A DNA stretch of 64,000 nucleotides from Pseudomonadota bacterium (GTDB lineage: Bacteria > Desulfobacterota > Binatia > Binatales > Binataceae): positions 27,273-91,272 of the forward strand of contig JAJPJA010000017.1 in assembly GCA_021324455.1 (NCBI GenBank), in the 5' to 3' direction. Of this stretch, positions 1 through 8,732 are shown piece after piece (position 1 is the stretch's first letter; every line of letters starts with the position of its first letter). The notes beneath the pieces were generated by a model. The model searched no databases. It worked only from the letters and a program-made list of their open reading frames with translations, and was not told the DNA's origin. The position numbers were made by a program, and so were the translations under genes.

Positions 1-532
1 CCTCGATGCCGAGTTCCCCGAGCACCAGCAGGCGCGGCACAAATCCGATGTCGGCCACCGAAAACTCGCCGGCCAGGAAATGCTGGCCTTGCAGTTCGCG
101 GTTGAGGTAGTCCAGCACCCGCTCGATAGTCTGGCGCAGGCGCTGCACCCGGTTCTGGTCGCGCTCGCCCTCCGCTTTGACCATCTCCGCCATCAGCTGC
201 CCCACCTGGGGCGTGAAAGAAGCGTCGGCGAAATCCTCCAGCAGACGCGCACGCGCGCGCAGCGAACTGAACTCGATCCGCGGCAGCACAGGAGGGTCGG
301 GGTACTCGTCGTCAAGATATTCGTTAATTACGGTGGAATCATAGACCACCGTATCTTCGTCAACGAGGACAGGGACGCGTCCGTAAGGATTAAGCCGCAG
401 GAACTCCGGCCGGCGATGCTCCCCCCGGGTGATATCGATCGGCGCCAGTTCGTAGCTGAGACTTTTTTCGGCCAGCACAATCCTAACCTTCTGGCCGAAC
501 GGGCAAGGAAGAAAGTCGTAGAGTTTAATCAT
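1..532 (-). CDS. Glutathione S-transferase family protein (SspA-like), 3' end runs off the window
   Basis: Not in the ORF track. Manual translation from ATG at 532: MIKLYDFLPCPFGQKVRIVLAEK...LNPYGRVPVLVD...DSTVINEYLDDEYPDPP...FLAGEFSVADI, matching GST N- and C-domain motifs. Confidence 0.88.
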   Translation of the reverse strand, partial: MIKLYDFLPCPFGQKVRIVLAEKSLSYELAPIDITRGEHRRPEFLRLNPYGRVPVLVDEDTVVYDSTVINEYLDDEYPDPPVLPRIEFSSLRARARLLEDFADASFTPQVGQLMAEMVKAEGERDQNRVQRLRQTIERVLDYLNRELQGQHFLAGEFSVADIGFVPRLLVLGELGIE

Positions 533-545
533 GTTGGCGGCCGCC

Positions 546-998
546 TTACTCAGCCGCTACTTTAACTTTGAGGCTGGCTTCGACTTCGCTATCGATCCGC
601 ACCGAAACCACGAAATCGCCCAATTCCTTGATTGGCTCCGCCAGTTGAATGCGCCGCCGTTCGATGCTGACACCCTGCGCACCCAGCGCCCGCTCAATAT
701 CGATATTGGTGACTGACCCGAAAAGTTTGCCCGCCTCACCGGCGCGCGCGGAAATTTCGATTGAAAGCTGCTCGATCCGATCCTTCAGCTTCAGCGCGTC
801 GGCCCGTTTGGCCTCCCGGCGCATCAGGGCCAGACGTTTTTCGTGTTCGAAAGCGCGCAGATTTTTGGGATTGGCTTCAACCGCCAGATTGCGCGGCAGC
901 AGGAAGTTTCGGGCGTAGCCGGGACGCACTTTGACCACGTCCCCCGGCCGGCCCAGGTTGGGCACGTCATCGCGCAAAATCACTTGCATCATCGCCAT
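546..998 (-). CDS. rplI: 50S ribosomal protein L9
   Basis: MQVILRDDVPNLGRPGDVVKVRPGYARNFLLP and GKLFGSVT signatures; operon context. Confidence 0.98.
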   Translation of the reverse strand: MAMMQVILRDDVPNLGRPGDVVKVRPGYARNFLLPRNLAVEANPKNLRAFEHEKRLALMRREAKRADALKLKDRIEQLSIEISARAGEAGKLFGSVTNIDIERALGAQGVSIERRRIQLAEPIKELGDFVVSVRIDSEVEASLKVKVAAE

Positions 999-1012
999 TC
1001 CACAATCTCCGT

Positions 1013-1972
1013 TTAAAAGAAGTCGTCAATGCTGCCAGCTTCCTGGCTGGGCGGCTTGAGCCGGCGGAAGTCGATCCACATGTCGAACACCCCCGCCAGA
1101 CAGACCAGGGCCGCAAGCATCGGCTGCAGCAGCGCGATTAGATAGATCGTACCGCGCACGACCCGCGGCATCGCGAGCATCTGCAGGTAGTACGCGACGA
1201 TCGCCAGACCCTGGCAAAAATATACGGCAGCGACCAGCACGAATCCGTTGAGCGCCGCGATTCGCGCCGTCTCCTGCGGGATAAACATTCCAAAACCGGT
1301 GGCCAGCAGCGCCCAGATCAGCCATTCCGGCGTGCGCCACGTGGGCAAGCCGCCGAAGAGCTGGTACCCGAGCCGCTCCTTTCCCAGCCATCGCGAAATC
1401 AGTCCCAAATTGATCAGGACCATCAAACCCGCCAGCATCGCACCCAAAGCCGGCGCCAGCTGCGTCGTGATGTCCAGCACGCGCGCGATGATCTGCCTGC
1501 TCTCGCTCTCGCTAACCCCAAGCCTGGCGTACAGGTCGGCCGAATGGCTCAGGGCGGCGGCGACCGATTCGCGCAAATGCCGCATCAGGACGGCGGGCGA
1601 ACCGGCCCACAACAACAGCGCCGCCGTAGCCATCGCCACCACCGCCGCGGCTGCGGCCACGACAATCTGCTCGAAGCGCCACCGCCGCCGCACCGTCAGC
1701 GCGATCAGAACCGTCGCGATGCCCAGCGTCAGCGCGAAGGCCAGCGCCTGAATTGGACCGGCGATCCCTCCGATAATCGCCAGCGTCAGCGCGAGGGCGG
1801 CAGCTATCGTCCGGTACACCGATGGACGCCCCAGGGCGGTGATCAGAATCGGCGCCGGCGCGCACAGCAGCAGCGGGGCGCCGAGGACCGGAATCACCCC
1901 GCCGGCAAGAAACAAAGCCGCCGCCGTAAGAGCGCTCCGGGCCAGTTCCAATGCCGCCTTAAACCTCACCAT
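1013..1972 (-). CDS. DUF2232/YybS family membrane protein
   Basis: Multi-TM protein with YFCQGLAI and GVFDMWIDFRR motifs, lying between rpsR and rplI. Start trimmed to ATG 1972. Confidence 0.88.
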   Translation of the reverse strand: MVRFKAALELARSALTAAALFLAGGVIPVLGAPLLLCAPAPILITALGRPSVYRTIAAALALTLAIIGGIAGPIQALAFALTLGIATVLIALTVRRRWRFEQIVVAAAAAVVAMATAALLLWAGSPAVLMRHLRESVAAALSHSADLYARLGVSESESRQIIARVLDITTQLAPALGAMLAGLMVLINLGLISRWLGKERLGYQLFGGLPTWRTPEWLIWALLATGFGMFIPQETARIAALNGFVLVAAVYFCQGLAIVAYYLQMLAMPRVVRGTIYLIALLQPMLAALVCLAGVFDMWIDFRRLKPPSQEAGSIDDFF

Positions 1973-1983
1973 CGGGCCTCTTT

Positions 1984-2331
1984 TCAGACCCCCAGGGTGG
2001 AGAACGGCAGCAGGGCCAGGATGCGGGCCCGCTTGATGGCGACCGTGAGGGCGCGTTGATGCCGCGCGCAATTGCCGGTGACCCGGCTGGGCACGATCTT
2101 GCCGCCCTCGGTAACGAAGGTGCCCAACGTGCGCACGTCCTTGTAGTCCACCTTCAGGGTTTTATCGGCGCAAAAGCGGCATACCTTGCGTCGTCCGCCC
2201 GGACGCCGGCGCATCCCGCCGCGCTCCCCGGAACGTCCTTCCATCCCGCCGCGCTCGCCCTCGGACCGGGGACGTGGACGCGGCGGCGCAGTGCGCTGGC
2301 CGGATTCCTCAGGATTTTCGTTCTCTGCCAT
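1984..2331 (-). CDS. rpsR: 30S ribosomal protein S18 (Zn-binding form)
   Basis: RRKVCRFC...DYKD...[27 protein letters not shown]. Confidence 0.98.
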   Translation of the reverse strand: MAENENPEESGQRTAPPRPRPRSEGERGGMEGRSGERGGMRRRPGGRRKVCRFCADKTLKVDYKDVRTLGTFVTEGGKIVPSRVTGNCARHQRALTVAIKRARILALLPFSTLGV

Positions 2332-2333
2332 GG

Positions 2334-2681
2334 TTAAACCTTCGCGGGGAAGGGCTTTCCCCTGTCAATTAAGCCTGATACCAAATCAGCCCCGATCGAG
2401 GCCGCCGACGCAACCGCATGGGCCATCACCTCGATGCGCGGCGAGGCCATCGCACGGCGCACAGCGCGCAGCGTACCGGTAGCTCTGATTTTCTGACCGG
2501 CAGCCAGATCGCGCGCCAACTCCCGCGCCGCCTCGTCGACCAACACCACGTCGAGCAACAGCGGATCGGGATCCACGCCGCAGTCCACCACCAGCCGCGG
2601 CACGGGTCTCCCGCTGGGCGTAACGCTCAGTATCGGCGGCCTGGCCAGGCGGCCATTAAGCTCGATTCTGGTCTGCCCCAT
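2334..2681 (-). CDS. PriB/SSB-like OB-fold ssDNA-binding protein
   Basis: [17 protein letters not shown]...[12 protein letters not shown]-fold pattern; sits between rpsF and rpsR; no acidic SSB tail. Confidence 0.7.
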   Translation of the reverse strand: MGQTRIELNGRLARPPILSVTPSGRPVPRLVVDCGVDPDPLLLDVVLVDEAARELARDLAAGQKIRATGTLRAVRRAMASPRIEVMAHAVASAASIGADLVSGLIDRGKPFPAKV

Positions 2682-3174
2682 CTCCGGATTCCGTCGGCTG
2701 CGCGGCATCGCCCTCGGGACTGGCCACCGCTTCCTGCGCGGGCCTGGTTTCGGGGGCAGGCGCAGGTTCGGCGGATCCCGCCTCCTGCTCGGCGGAGTGC
2801 GGTTCGGGCGCTGCCGCCGCGGCGCGCGCCTCGGCCAGACGGCGCCGGCGCGCCTCGACCTCGCTGCGCAGCTTGGCGGCGTCGGCGTCTTCCTCGACCA
2901 TCACCGACAGATGACGCAGGGATTCGTCCATCAGCTTGAGATTTCGTTCGACCTCGTTCATGACCGCGCCGGGGGCGACATAATCGAGGCGGACGTAATA
3001 TCCGCGCCGCTCGCGCCGGATGCGGTAGGCCAACTCGCGGATACCCCACTCGTCGGTTTCGATCAGGTCGCCGCCGCCGTTGGCGACGATATCCTCAACG
3101 CGCTTTAGCGATTGTTTGATCTGATTTTCCCCGAGATCGGGGCGTAAGATGAAGATCGTCTCGTAACGACGCAC
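2656..3174 (-). CDS. rpsF: 30S ribosomal protein S6 with long Ala/Glu-rich C-terminal extension
   Basis: MRRYETIFILRPDL...WGIRELAYRI...GYY; GTG start with AAGGAGG SD. Confidence 0.97.
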   Translation of the reverse strand: MRRYETIFILRPDLGENQIKQSLKRVEDIVANGGGDLIETDEWGIRELAYRIRRERRGYYVRLDYVAPGAVMNEVERNLKLMDESLRHLSVMVEEDADAAKLRSEVEARRRRLAEARAAAAAPEPHSAEQEAGSAEPAPAPETRPAQEAVASPEGDAAQPTESGDGADQNRA

Positions 3175-3178
3175 AAAT

Positions 3179-3226
3179 CCTCCTTTTGGATCGACTACGA
3201 GCCCCCAAACAAGGGAGCAAGGAGTT
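3179..3226 (-). promoter_or_regulatory. Putative S6:S18 ribosomal-protein leader (rpsF 5' UTR autoregulatory RNA)
   Basis: Minus strand reads AACTCCTT-GCTCCC-TTGTTT-GGGGGC-TCGTAGTCGATCCAA-AAGGAGG. CTCCTT can pair with the SD (AAGGAG) and encloses an inner hairpin. Confidence 0.7.
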
Positions 3227-3526
3227 TAACCGAGCCACAGTAACACGCTGGCAGACGGCTCTCAAGTTAGCCCCCGCCTGGGAGATATTTTATATCGTGC
3301 GCCGATGCGAATCTGCATCGCGGCGGCAAACGATGTGGCGGTTGGCCGATGAGAATTCAGGTACAATCCGCTAACCTCCCCTGCCCTTTCCCATGGGACA
3401 GGGTTAAATGCCTGATACGGTTGCGGCAGCATCCTGATTGTTGCCATCTTGATTTTCGCCGCCTGGCCGTCAGATTCCGGGAGCGGGCTTGAACCGGCCT
3501 GGCGCATCGAACAAAGGAAGGGTTGC

Positions 3527-4720
3527 ATGGATTTCAGTTTCACCGAAGAGGAAGAACGGTTTCGCGAGCGGGTGCGCGCCTTTCTGCGGGCCAACCTGCC
3601 CGAGCGTCTGCGTGAGGAGGGCGGGCGGCAACCGGGAGAAATCCCGCGCCGGAAGTTCCTGCGCGAATGGCAAAAGAAGCTGCATGAAAACGGCTTTGTG
3701 GGGATGTCGTGGCCCAGGGAATATGGCGGTCAGGGTGCGACCCAGGTCGAGCAGGCGATTTTCAATGAAGAGATGGCCCGCTTCCGCGCGCCCTCGCCGC
3801 TCAATCCGGTCGGCATGAACCTGGTCGGACCGACCCTGATGGCCCACGGCACCGAAGCGCAAAAGGCCCGCTTCATACCGAAAATCCTGCCCGCCGAGGA
3901 AATCTGGTGCCAGCTGTTCTCCGAGCCAAATGCCGGCTCTGATCTGGCGTCGCTGCGCACAAGGGCGGAATTGCGCGGCGACGAGTTCATCGTCAACGGA
4001 CAGAAAGTGTGGAGTTCGTTTGCCCATTACGCCGACTGGGGTATCCTGCTCGCGCGCACCGATCCCGAAGCTCCCAAGCATCGCGGCATCAGCTATCTGC
4101 TGGTGGATATGAAAACGCCCGGCGTGAACCCCAGGCCGCTGCGCCAGATTTCGGGCAGCGCGGAATTCTGCGAAGTGTTTTTAGACAACGTTCGTATCCC
4201 GCGCGAGAATTTGGTTGGCCAGCTCAACGATGGATGGCGGGTGGCGACCACCACGCTGACCAATGAACGCGGCACCACCACGCTGGCGGTGATGATTCGT
4301 TTTCAGCGCACCTTTGACGAATTGGTCGAACTGGCGCGGACCTCGCTGCGGTCGGGAAGGCCGGCGGTCGAGGATCCCATCGTGCGCAGCCGCCTGGCCC
4401 AGCTTTACATCGATTTGCAGGAAATGAAGTACACCTCGTATCGCGCGTTCTCGAAAATTGTCAGAGGGGGAACGCCGGGCAACGAGGGCTCGATTCTCAA
4501 ACTGCACTGGTCGGAATTCAATCAGCGGATGCAGGACTTCGCGATGGAACTCCAGGGTCCCGCCTCCCAACTGTTCCGCGCCTCGCCTTACGCGGTGCGC
4601 GACGGGCTGTGGCAGTACACGTTCCTGTGGTCGCGTTCGGACACGATTTACGCCGGTACCTCCGAGATTCAGCGCAACATTATCGCCCAGCGCGTACTGG
4701 GCCTGCCGAAAACGGTTTGA
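3527..4720 (+). CDS. Acyl-CoA dehydrogenase
   Basis: WCQLFSEPNAGSDLASL, NGQKVWSS, IYAGTSEIQRNII. Confidence 0.95.
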   Translation: MDFSFTEEEERFRERVRAFLRANLPERLREEGGRQPGEIPRRKFLREWQKKLHENGFVGMSWPREYGGQGATQVEQAIFNEEMARFRAPSPLNPVGMNLVGPTLMAHGTEAQKARFIPKILPAEEIWCQLFSEPNAGSDLASLRTRAELRGDEFIVNGQKVWSSFAHYADWGILLARTDPEAPKHRGISYLLVDMKTPGVNPRPLRQISGSAEFCEVFLDNVRIPRENLVGQLNDGWRVATTTLTNERGTTTLAVMIRFQRTFDELVELARTSLRSGRPAVEDPIVRSRLAQLYIDLQEMKYTSYRAFSKIVRGGTPGNEGSILKLHWSEFNQRMQDFAMELQGPASQLFRASPYAVRDGLWQYTFLWSRSDTIYAGTSEIQRNIIAQRVLGLPKTV

Positions 4721-4836
4721 TTACAGAGCCAGGCAACCGCAACGATTCGGCCCGCGGCGCGCCGGCGCACCAACAGCCGCGCCGGCGGCCTTCCGCAGAC
4801 GCGGCCTGAGGCAGAACCGCTGGAATCCGGGAATTG

Positions 4837-5619
4837 CTACTCGATGGCACGCGGCGCCGGACCCATTTCAGCCCAGTCAGAAGGGTCGTGGCTGACCCAT
4901 ACGCGCATCCCCTGCAAGTCGCGCATTGCCTTCAGCCTGCGGATCGACGCCACCGCCTGCTGGGGGTCGGTATCGACCGACATCGTATGCTCGCTATCGA
5001 GCGCGTCGCGCATATGCACCGCGTCGCCCGCCAGCACGATATTCTGATGCGGCAGGCGCACGACCATCGAAGTGCTGCCCGGCGTATGCCCGGGAGTGTG
5101 CAGCAGGGTCAGGCTGCCGTCGCCGAACATGTCGAACTCGCCCTCCAGTTCCATCCACTGGTAGTTGCGCGTCGGCAGCAGGTCGTCGATCAGGAAGATA
5201 TTGCGCCGGTCCGGGGCGGGCCAATATGCATAGCTGAGCTCGCCCTTCATGGTCAGCAGCTTGGCATGCGGGAACATGAACAGGCCGCCGGTGTGATCCA
5301 TGTGCATATGCGACATGACCACCCACTTCACGTCGGTCAGCTTGTAGCCCAGCGCCTTGATCTGGTTATCGACGGTCAGATCCCTGCTGAAGCGGACCAT
5401 GTTGCGGAACATCTCGCCCCAGTAGGCGGCCACGTCCTCGGCGACTTTGGGATGGCTGCCGGTGTCGTAGAGCACCAGGCCCCTGGGATGCTCGATCAGG
5501 AAGGACGGCACCGGGACTTCGACGATCTCGTCGCTGCCGCCGACCATCAGGGCTGAGCGCGGGACGACAAAAACCGCGCCCGGCAGCGCCCACATTCTTC
5601 TCGCTTTGCCTTCTGCCAT
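4837..5619 (-). CDS. N-acyl-homoserine lactonase family metallo-beta-lactamase-fold hydrolase
   Basis: HMHMDH motif, TPGHTPGS, LAGDA, SHD. Confidence 0.88.
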   Translation of the reverse strand: MAEGKARRMWALPGAVFVVPRSALMVGGSDEIVEVPVPSFLIEHPRGLVLYDTGSHPKVAEDVAAYWGEMFRNMVRFSRDLTVDNQIKALGYKLTDVKWVVMSHMHMDHTGGLFMFPHAKLLTMKGELSYAYWPAPDRRNIFLIDDLLPTRNYQWMELEGEFDMFGDGSLTLLHTPGHTPGSTSMVVRLPHQNIVLAGDAVHMRDALDSEHTMSVDTDPQQAVASIRRLKAMRDLQGMRVWVSHDPSDWAEMGPAPRAIE

Positions 5620-5688
5620 GGTCCACCTCGCAGGTTGCTGTGGTGGCATATAACACAGGCCGATGCCGTCCAAAAGCGCGGCGGCGCT

Positions 5689-6141
5689 TTATGCGGGTTT
5701 GCGGCGCATCATGGCAGCGCGGCGGGCGCGCACTACTATCTCACCGCGCTGGTTTTTGCCGCGATGCTCGAACAGGGCGATACCCCATTGCGGGCGCGAC
5801 CTGGAGTCCCTCAATTCCACCACTTCGCTCTCGGCATAGACGGTATCGCCGATAAACACCGGCCGCGGAAATTCGACCTTCTCAAAACCCAGGTTGCCGA
5901 CGGTGGTCCCCAGCGTCAGGTCAGCGACCGACAGCCCCACCACCAGACCCAGGGTGAAGATGCTGTTGACCAGGCGCTGACCGAATTCCGCTGTTTTGGA
6001 AAACTCGGCGTCCAGATGCAGCGGCTGCAGGTTCATAGTCAAAGCCGTAAACAACAGATTGTCGGTTTCGGTGACGGTGCGGCCCGGCTGATGCTGCACA
6101 ACCAGGCCGACCGAGAGTTCCTCGAAATATTTCCCAGCCAT
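5689..6141 (-). CDS. MaoC family dehydratase
   Basis: [30 protein letters not shown]. Confidence 0.93.
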   Translation of the reverse strand: MAGKYFEELSVGLVVQHQPGRTVTETDNLLFTALTMNLQPLHLDAEFSKTAEFGQRLVNSIFTLGLVVGLSVADLTLGTTVGNLGFEKVEFPRPVFIGDTVYAESEVVELRDSRSRPQWGIALFEHRGKNQRGEIVVRARRAAMMRRKPA

Positions 6142-6386
6142 CGTTCCTCATCCTGTTGGTCCGCGGTTTGGGTTTGCGCAGCGACTGAGTATAGCTGTCG
6201 ACCCTTTGGACTCCAGTCGCGTGCAATCCATGTTCACTGCCGCGTGTAAAAATTCCGCGGCGCGGGGCCCAACGGGTCTGGTCGTCCGCGCGCGCCGCTG
6301 TGCACACAAAACACATTTGATGAGATTGGGATAGGTCTTGCGGCAAAAGAGAGATGACGCCGTCATTCTCCAACGCATGCGGCAGC

Positions 6387-6401
6387 GGCATGAAACTTGA
6401 A
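6387..6401 (+). promoter_or_regulatory. Possible degenerate sigma54 promoter upstream of the ferritin-like gene
   Basis: GGCATG-AAAC-TTGAA: the -24 box is good, but -12 is GA rather than GC. Confidence 0.3.
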
Positions 6402-6450
6402 CCATTAGCCGCGAATTCACCCGCAATTTTTTTGAGCGAGGTTTACCAAC

Positions 6451-7140
6451 ATGGCAGCACCCAAATCAAGGACCGCCTCTTCACGTTCCCGTCCCCGGTC
6501 CGCCAGCACCAGCCATCCTGACAAAAGCGGCAGCAGAAGGCATTCCAGGGCTGCTTCCGATGGCACTGCGGCGCGCAGCCGCAATGGCGCCGCACGCCAG
6601 ACCGAACAGCTTAATCATACGAAGATGATCGAATTCCTGTCCGGGATGCTGGCGGTCGAGAAAGGCGGTGTGACGCTCTACGAGAAGGCGCTTAACGACC
6701 TCATGGACGAAGACCTGCGCGAACAGCTCGACGAGTTCCTCGAGCAGACCCGCCGCCACGTCGAACTGTGCGAGGAGATGCTCGAGCGGGCCGGCGGGTC
6801 CGCCGCCGAATCCACTCCCACCGCCGAGGCCGCGGAAGCCAAAGCCAGCGGATTGATGTCGGTCGAGGTTCCCCGGGAGATGACCGATTTCAACAATATC
6901 CAGAACCTGGTGCTGGCCGAAACGGTCGATAACTGGAACTGGGATCGGCTCAGCGAAATGTCGAAGATGGTCAAGGATCGCGAGCTGCGTTCCGCGATCG
7001 GCCGCGCCGTCAGAGAGGTTGCCCGCCAGGAGCGCAGACATGTGGACTGGAATACCCGGACGCTGGCCGAAATCGCGCGCCAGATGCTGACCAGCCATGA
7101 AGCCAAGTCCGACGGAGAGGAGATGCGGGAGGAGGCGTAA
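6451..7140 (+). CDS. Ferritin-like protein with basic Ser/Arg-rich N-terminal tail
   Basis: VEKGGVTLYE..., QTRRH, LAETVD, QERRH four-helix-bundle pattern; GAGG SD. Confidence 0.8.
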   Translation: MAAPKSRTASSRSRPRSASTSHPDKSGSRRHSRAASDGTAARSRNGAARQTEQLNHTKMIEFLSGMLAVEKGGVTLYEKALNDLMDEDLREQLDEFLEQTRRHVELCEEMLERAGGSAAESTPTAEAAEAKASGLMSVEVPREMTDFNNIQNLVLAETVDNWNWDRLSEMSKMVKDRELRSAIGRAVREVARQERRHVDWNTRTLAEIARQMLTSHEAKSDGEEMREEA

Positions 7141-7229
7141 ACTGAAGTAAAATTGGTCTGACTGGTAAAAATTATAGGAGTCGTCGTAGAGCGAGGCGGG
7201 TTTCCGGCCGGGGCGCGGCCGATGATTGA

Positions 7230-7245
7230 TGGTCTGAAAGTTGCT
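7230..7245 (+). promoter_or_regulatory. Putative sigma54 promoter upstream of the DUF1328 gene
   Basis: TGGTCTGAAAGTTGCT has exact GG-N10-GC spacing and a TTGCT -12 box. Confidence 0.55.
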
Positions 7246-7338
7246 CCTCAATCAACCCGGTTGCGTTGCCAGGATCGACTGGCTGGCCTCGCCGAGTTCC
7301 AACAGCAGCCGAATCTCGCCTACCAGGAGGTTTTAAAC

Positions 7339-7512
7339 ATGCTGTATTGGGCAGCCGTTTTTCTGGTTATCTCGATTGTCGCCGCCCTGCTTGGATTTAC
7401 TGGAATCGCCGGAGCGGCTGCGGCAATCGCGAAAATCCTGTTCGGTATTTTTCTGGTCCTGTTCCTGCTTTTCCTGGTCATCGGATGGGCCGGAACCCGC
7501 GCCATCACCTGA
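7339..7512 (+). CDS. DUF1328/UPF0391 small membrane protein
   Basis: [35 protein letters not shown] signature; AGGAGG SD. Confidence 0.93.
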   Translation: MLYWAAVFLVISIVAALLGFTGIAGAAAAIAKILFGIFLVLFLLFLVIGWAGTRAIT

Positions 7513-7658
7513 GCGGGTAATGAAAAAGCGCGGGTCCGGCGGAGAAAGCCGCTTACGCACATTAACGGGAGCAGGGCGCAACCACCCAGCTCCCGTTTTT
7601 CGTCTGAAACATGCGCGGTAAAAGGCGGCAGGCTTGAAAACCGGACGATGCGGGCGGC

Positions 7659-8672
7659 TCAGCTTCCGGCTTTCAATTCGCGGCGTGCCAGTTCCAAATC
7701 CGAGTCGACCATCATCGCGACCAGTTCCTCGAATCCGACCTTGGGACGCCACTTCAACGCGGTGCGCGCCTTGGTCGCGTCGCCCTGCAGGACGTCAACC
7801 TCGGCCGGCCGCATCAGACGGGGATCGAATTCGACATGTTTGCGCCAGTCGATCTGCAGGCGGTCGAAAGTCAATTCCAGGAATTCGCGTACCGAATGAC
7901 TCTCACCGGTGGCGATTACGAAATCCTCGGGCTCGTGATGTTGCAGGATGAGCCACATCGCTTCGACATAATCGCCGGCGAAACCCCAGTCGCGTTTGGC
8001 GTCAAGGTTTCCCAGCGCCAGCTTGTCCTGCAGGCCGACCTTGATGCGGGTGGCGCTGCGGGTGATTTTGCGGGTGACGAAATTCTCGCCCCGGCGCGGC
8101 GATTCGTGGTTGAACAGGATGCCGTTGGCGGCAAACAGGCCGTATGCTTCGCGGTAATTGCGCGTCTGCCAATGCGCATACACCTTGGCGCAGGCGTAGG
8201 GACTGCGCGGATGAAACGGCGTGGTCTCGCGCTGCGGAACCTCGGCCGCCTTGCCGAACATCTCCGAGGATCCGGCCTGATACAAACGCACCTGCCGTCC
8301 GGAGCTGCGGCTGTGATCGCGCACCGCCTCCAACAGGCGCAGCGCCCCCAGGCCTACCACGTCAGCCGTGTATTCGGGCTGATCGAATGAGATGCGGACG
8401 TGAGACTGCGCGGCCAGATTGTAAACTTCGTCCGGCGCCACCAGCTCGATAACCCGCCGCAGCCCGGTGCCATCGCCCAGGTCGCCATAATGCAGTTGCA
8501 GTCCGGGATGACCGGGATCGAAGCCCTGGCGCAGATGGTCGATACGCCCGGTGGCGAAACTGGACGTGCGCCGCACCATGCCGTGGACCTTGTAACCCCT
8601 GGCCAAAAGAAATTCCGCCAGATAGGAGCCGTCCTGCCCGGTGACCCCGGTGATCAGCGCGGTCTTACTCAT
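7659..8672 (-). CDS. gmd: GDP-mannose 4,6-dehydratase
   Basis: [43 protein letters not shown]. Confidence 0.97.
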   Translation of the reverse strand: MSKTALITGVTGQDGSYLAEFLLARGYKVHGMVRRTSSFATGRIDHLRQGFDPGHPGLQLHYGDLGDGTGLRRVIELVAPDEVYNLAAQSHVRISFDQPEYTADVVGLGALRLLEAVRDHSRSSGRQVRLYQAGSSEMFGKAAEVPQRETTPFHPRSPYACAKVYAHWQTRNYREAYGLFAANGILFNHESPRRGENFVTRKITRSATRIKVGLQDKLALGNLDAKRDWGFAGDYVEAMWLILQHHEPEDFVIATGESHSVREFLELTFDRLQIDWRKHVEFDPRLMRPAEVDVLQGDATKARTALKWRPKVGFEELVAMMVDSDLELARRELKAGS

Positions 8673-8732
8673 ATGGATGGACTATTAAACCCGCCCGGCG
8701 GCGTCCGTACAAGGGCGCTCGGCAGCCGGTAT

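Noticed and set aside
80-565. 161-aa plus-strand ORF
   Set aside because: The real gene here is the minus-strand GST.
3300-3410. Hairpins (CGATGC/GCATCG and CCCTG/CAGGG) upstream of the ACAD gene
   Set aside because: No tRNA cloverleaf and not repeated; at most a degenerate REP-like remnant.
6181-6220. GCGACTG...CAGTCGC stem upstream of the MaoC gene
   Set aside because: A single stem with no U-tract or known motif; insufficient support.
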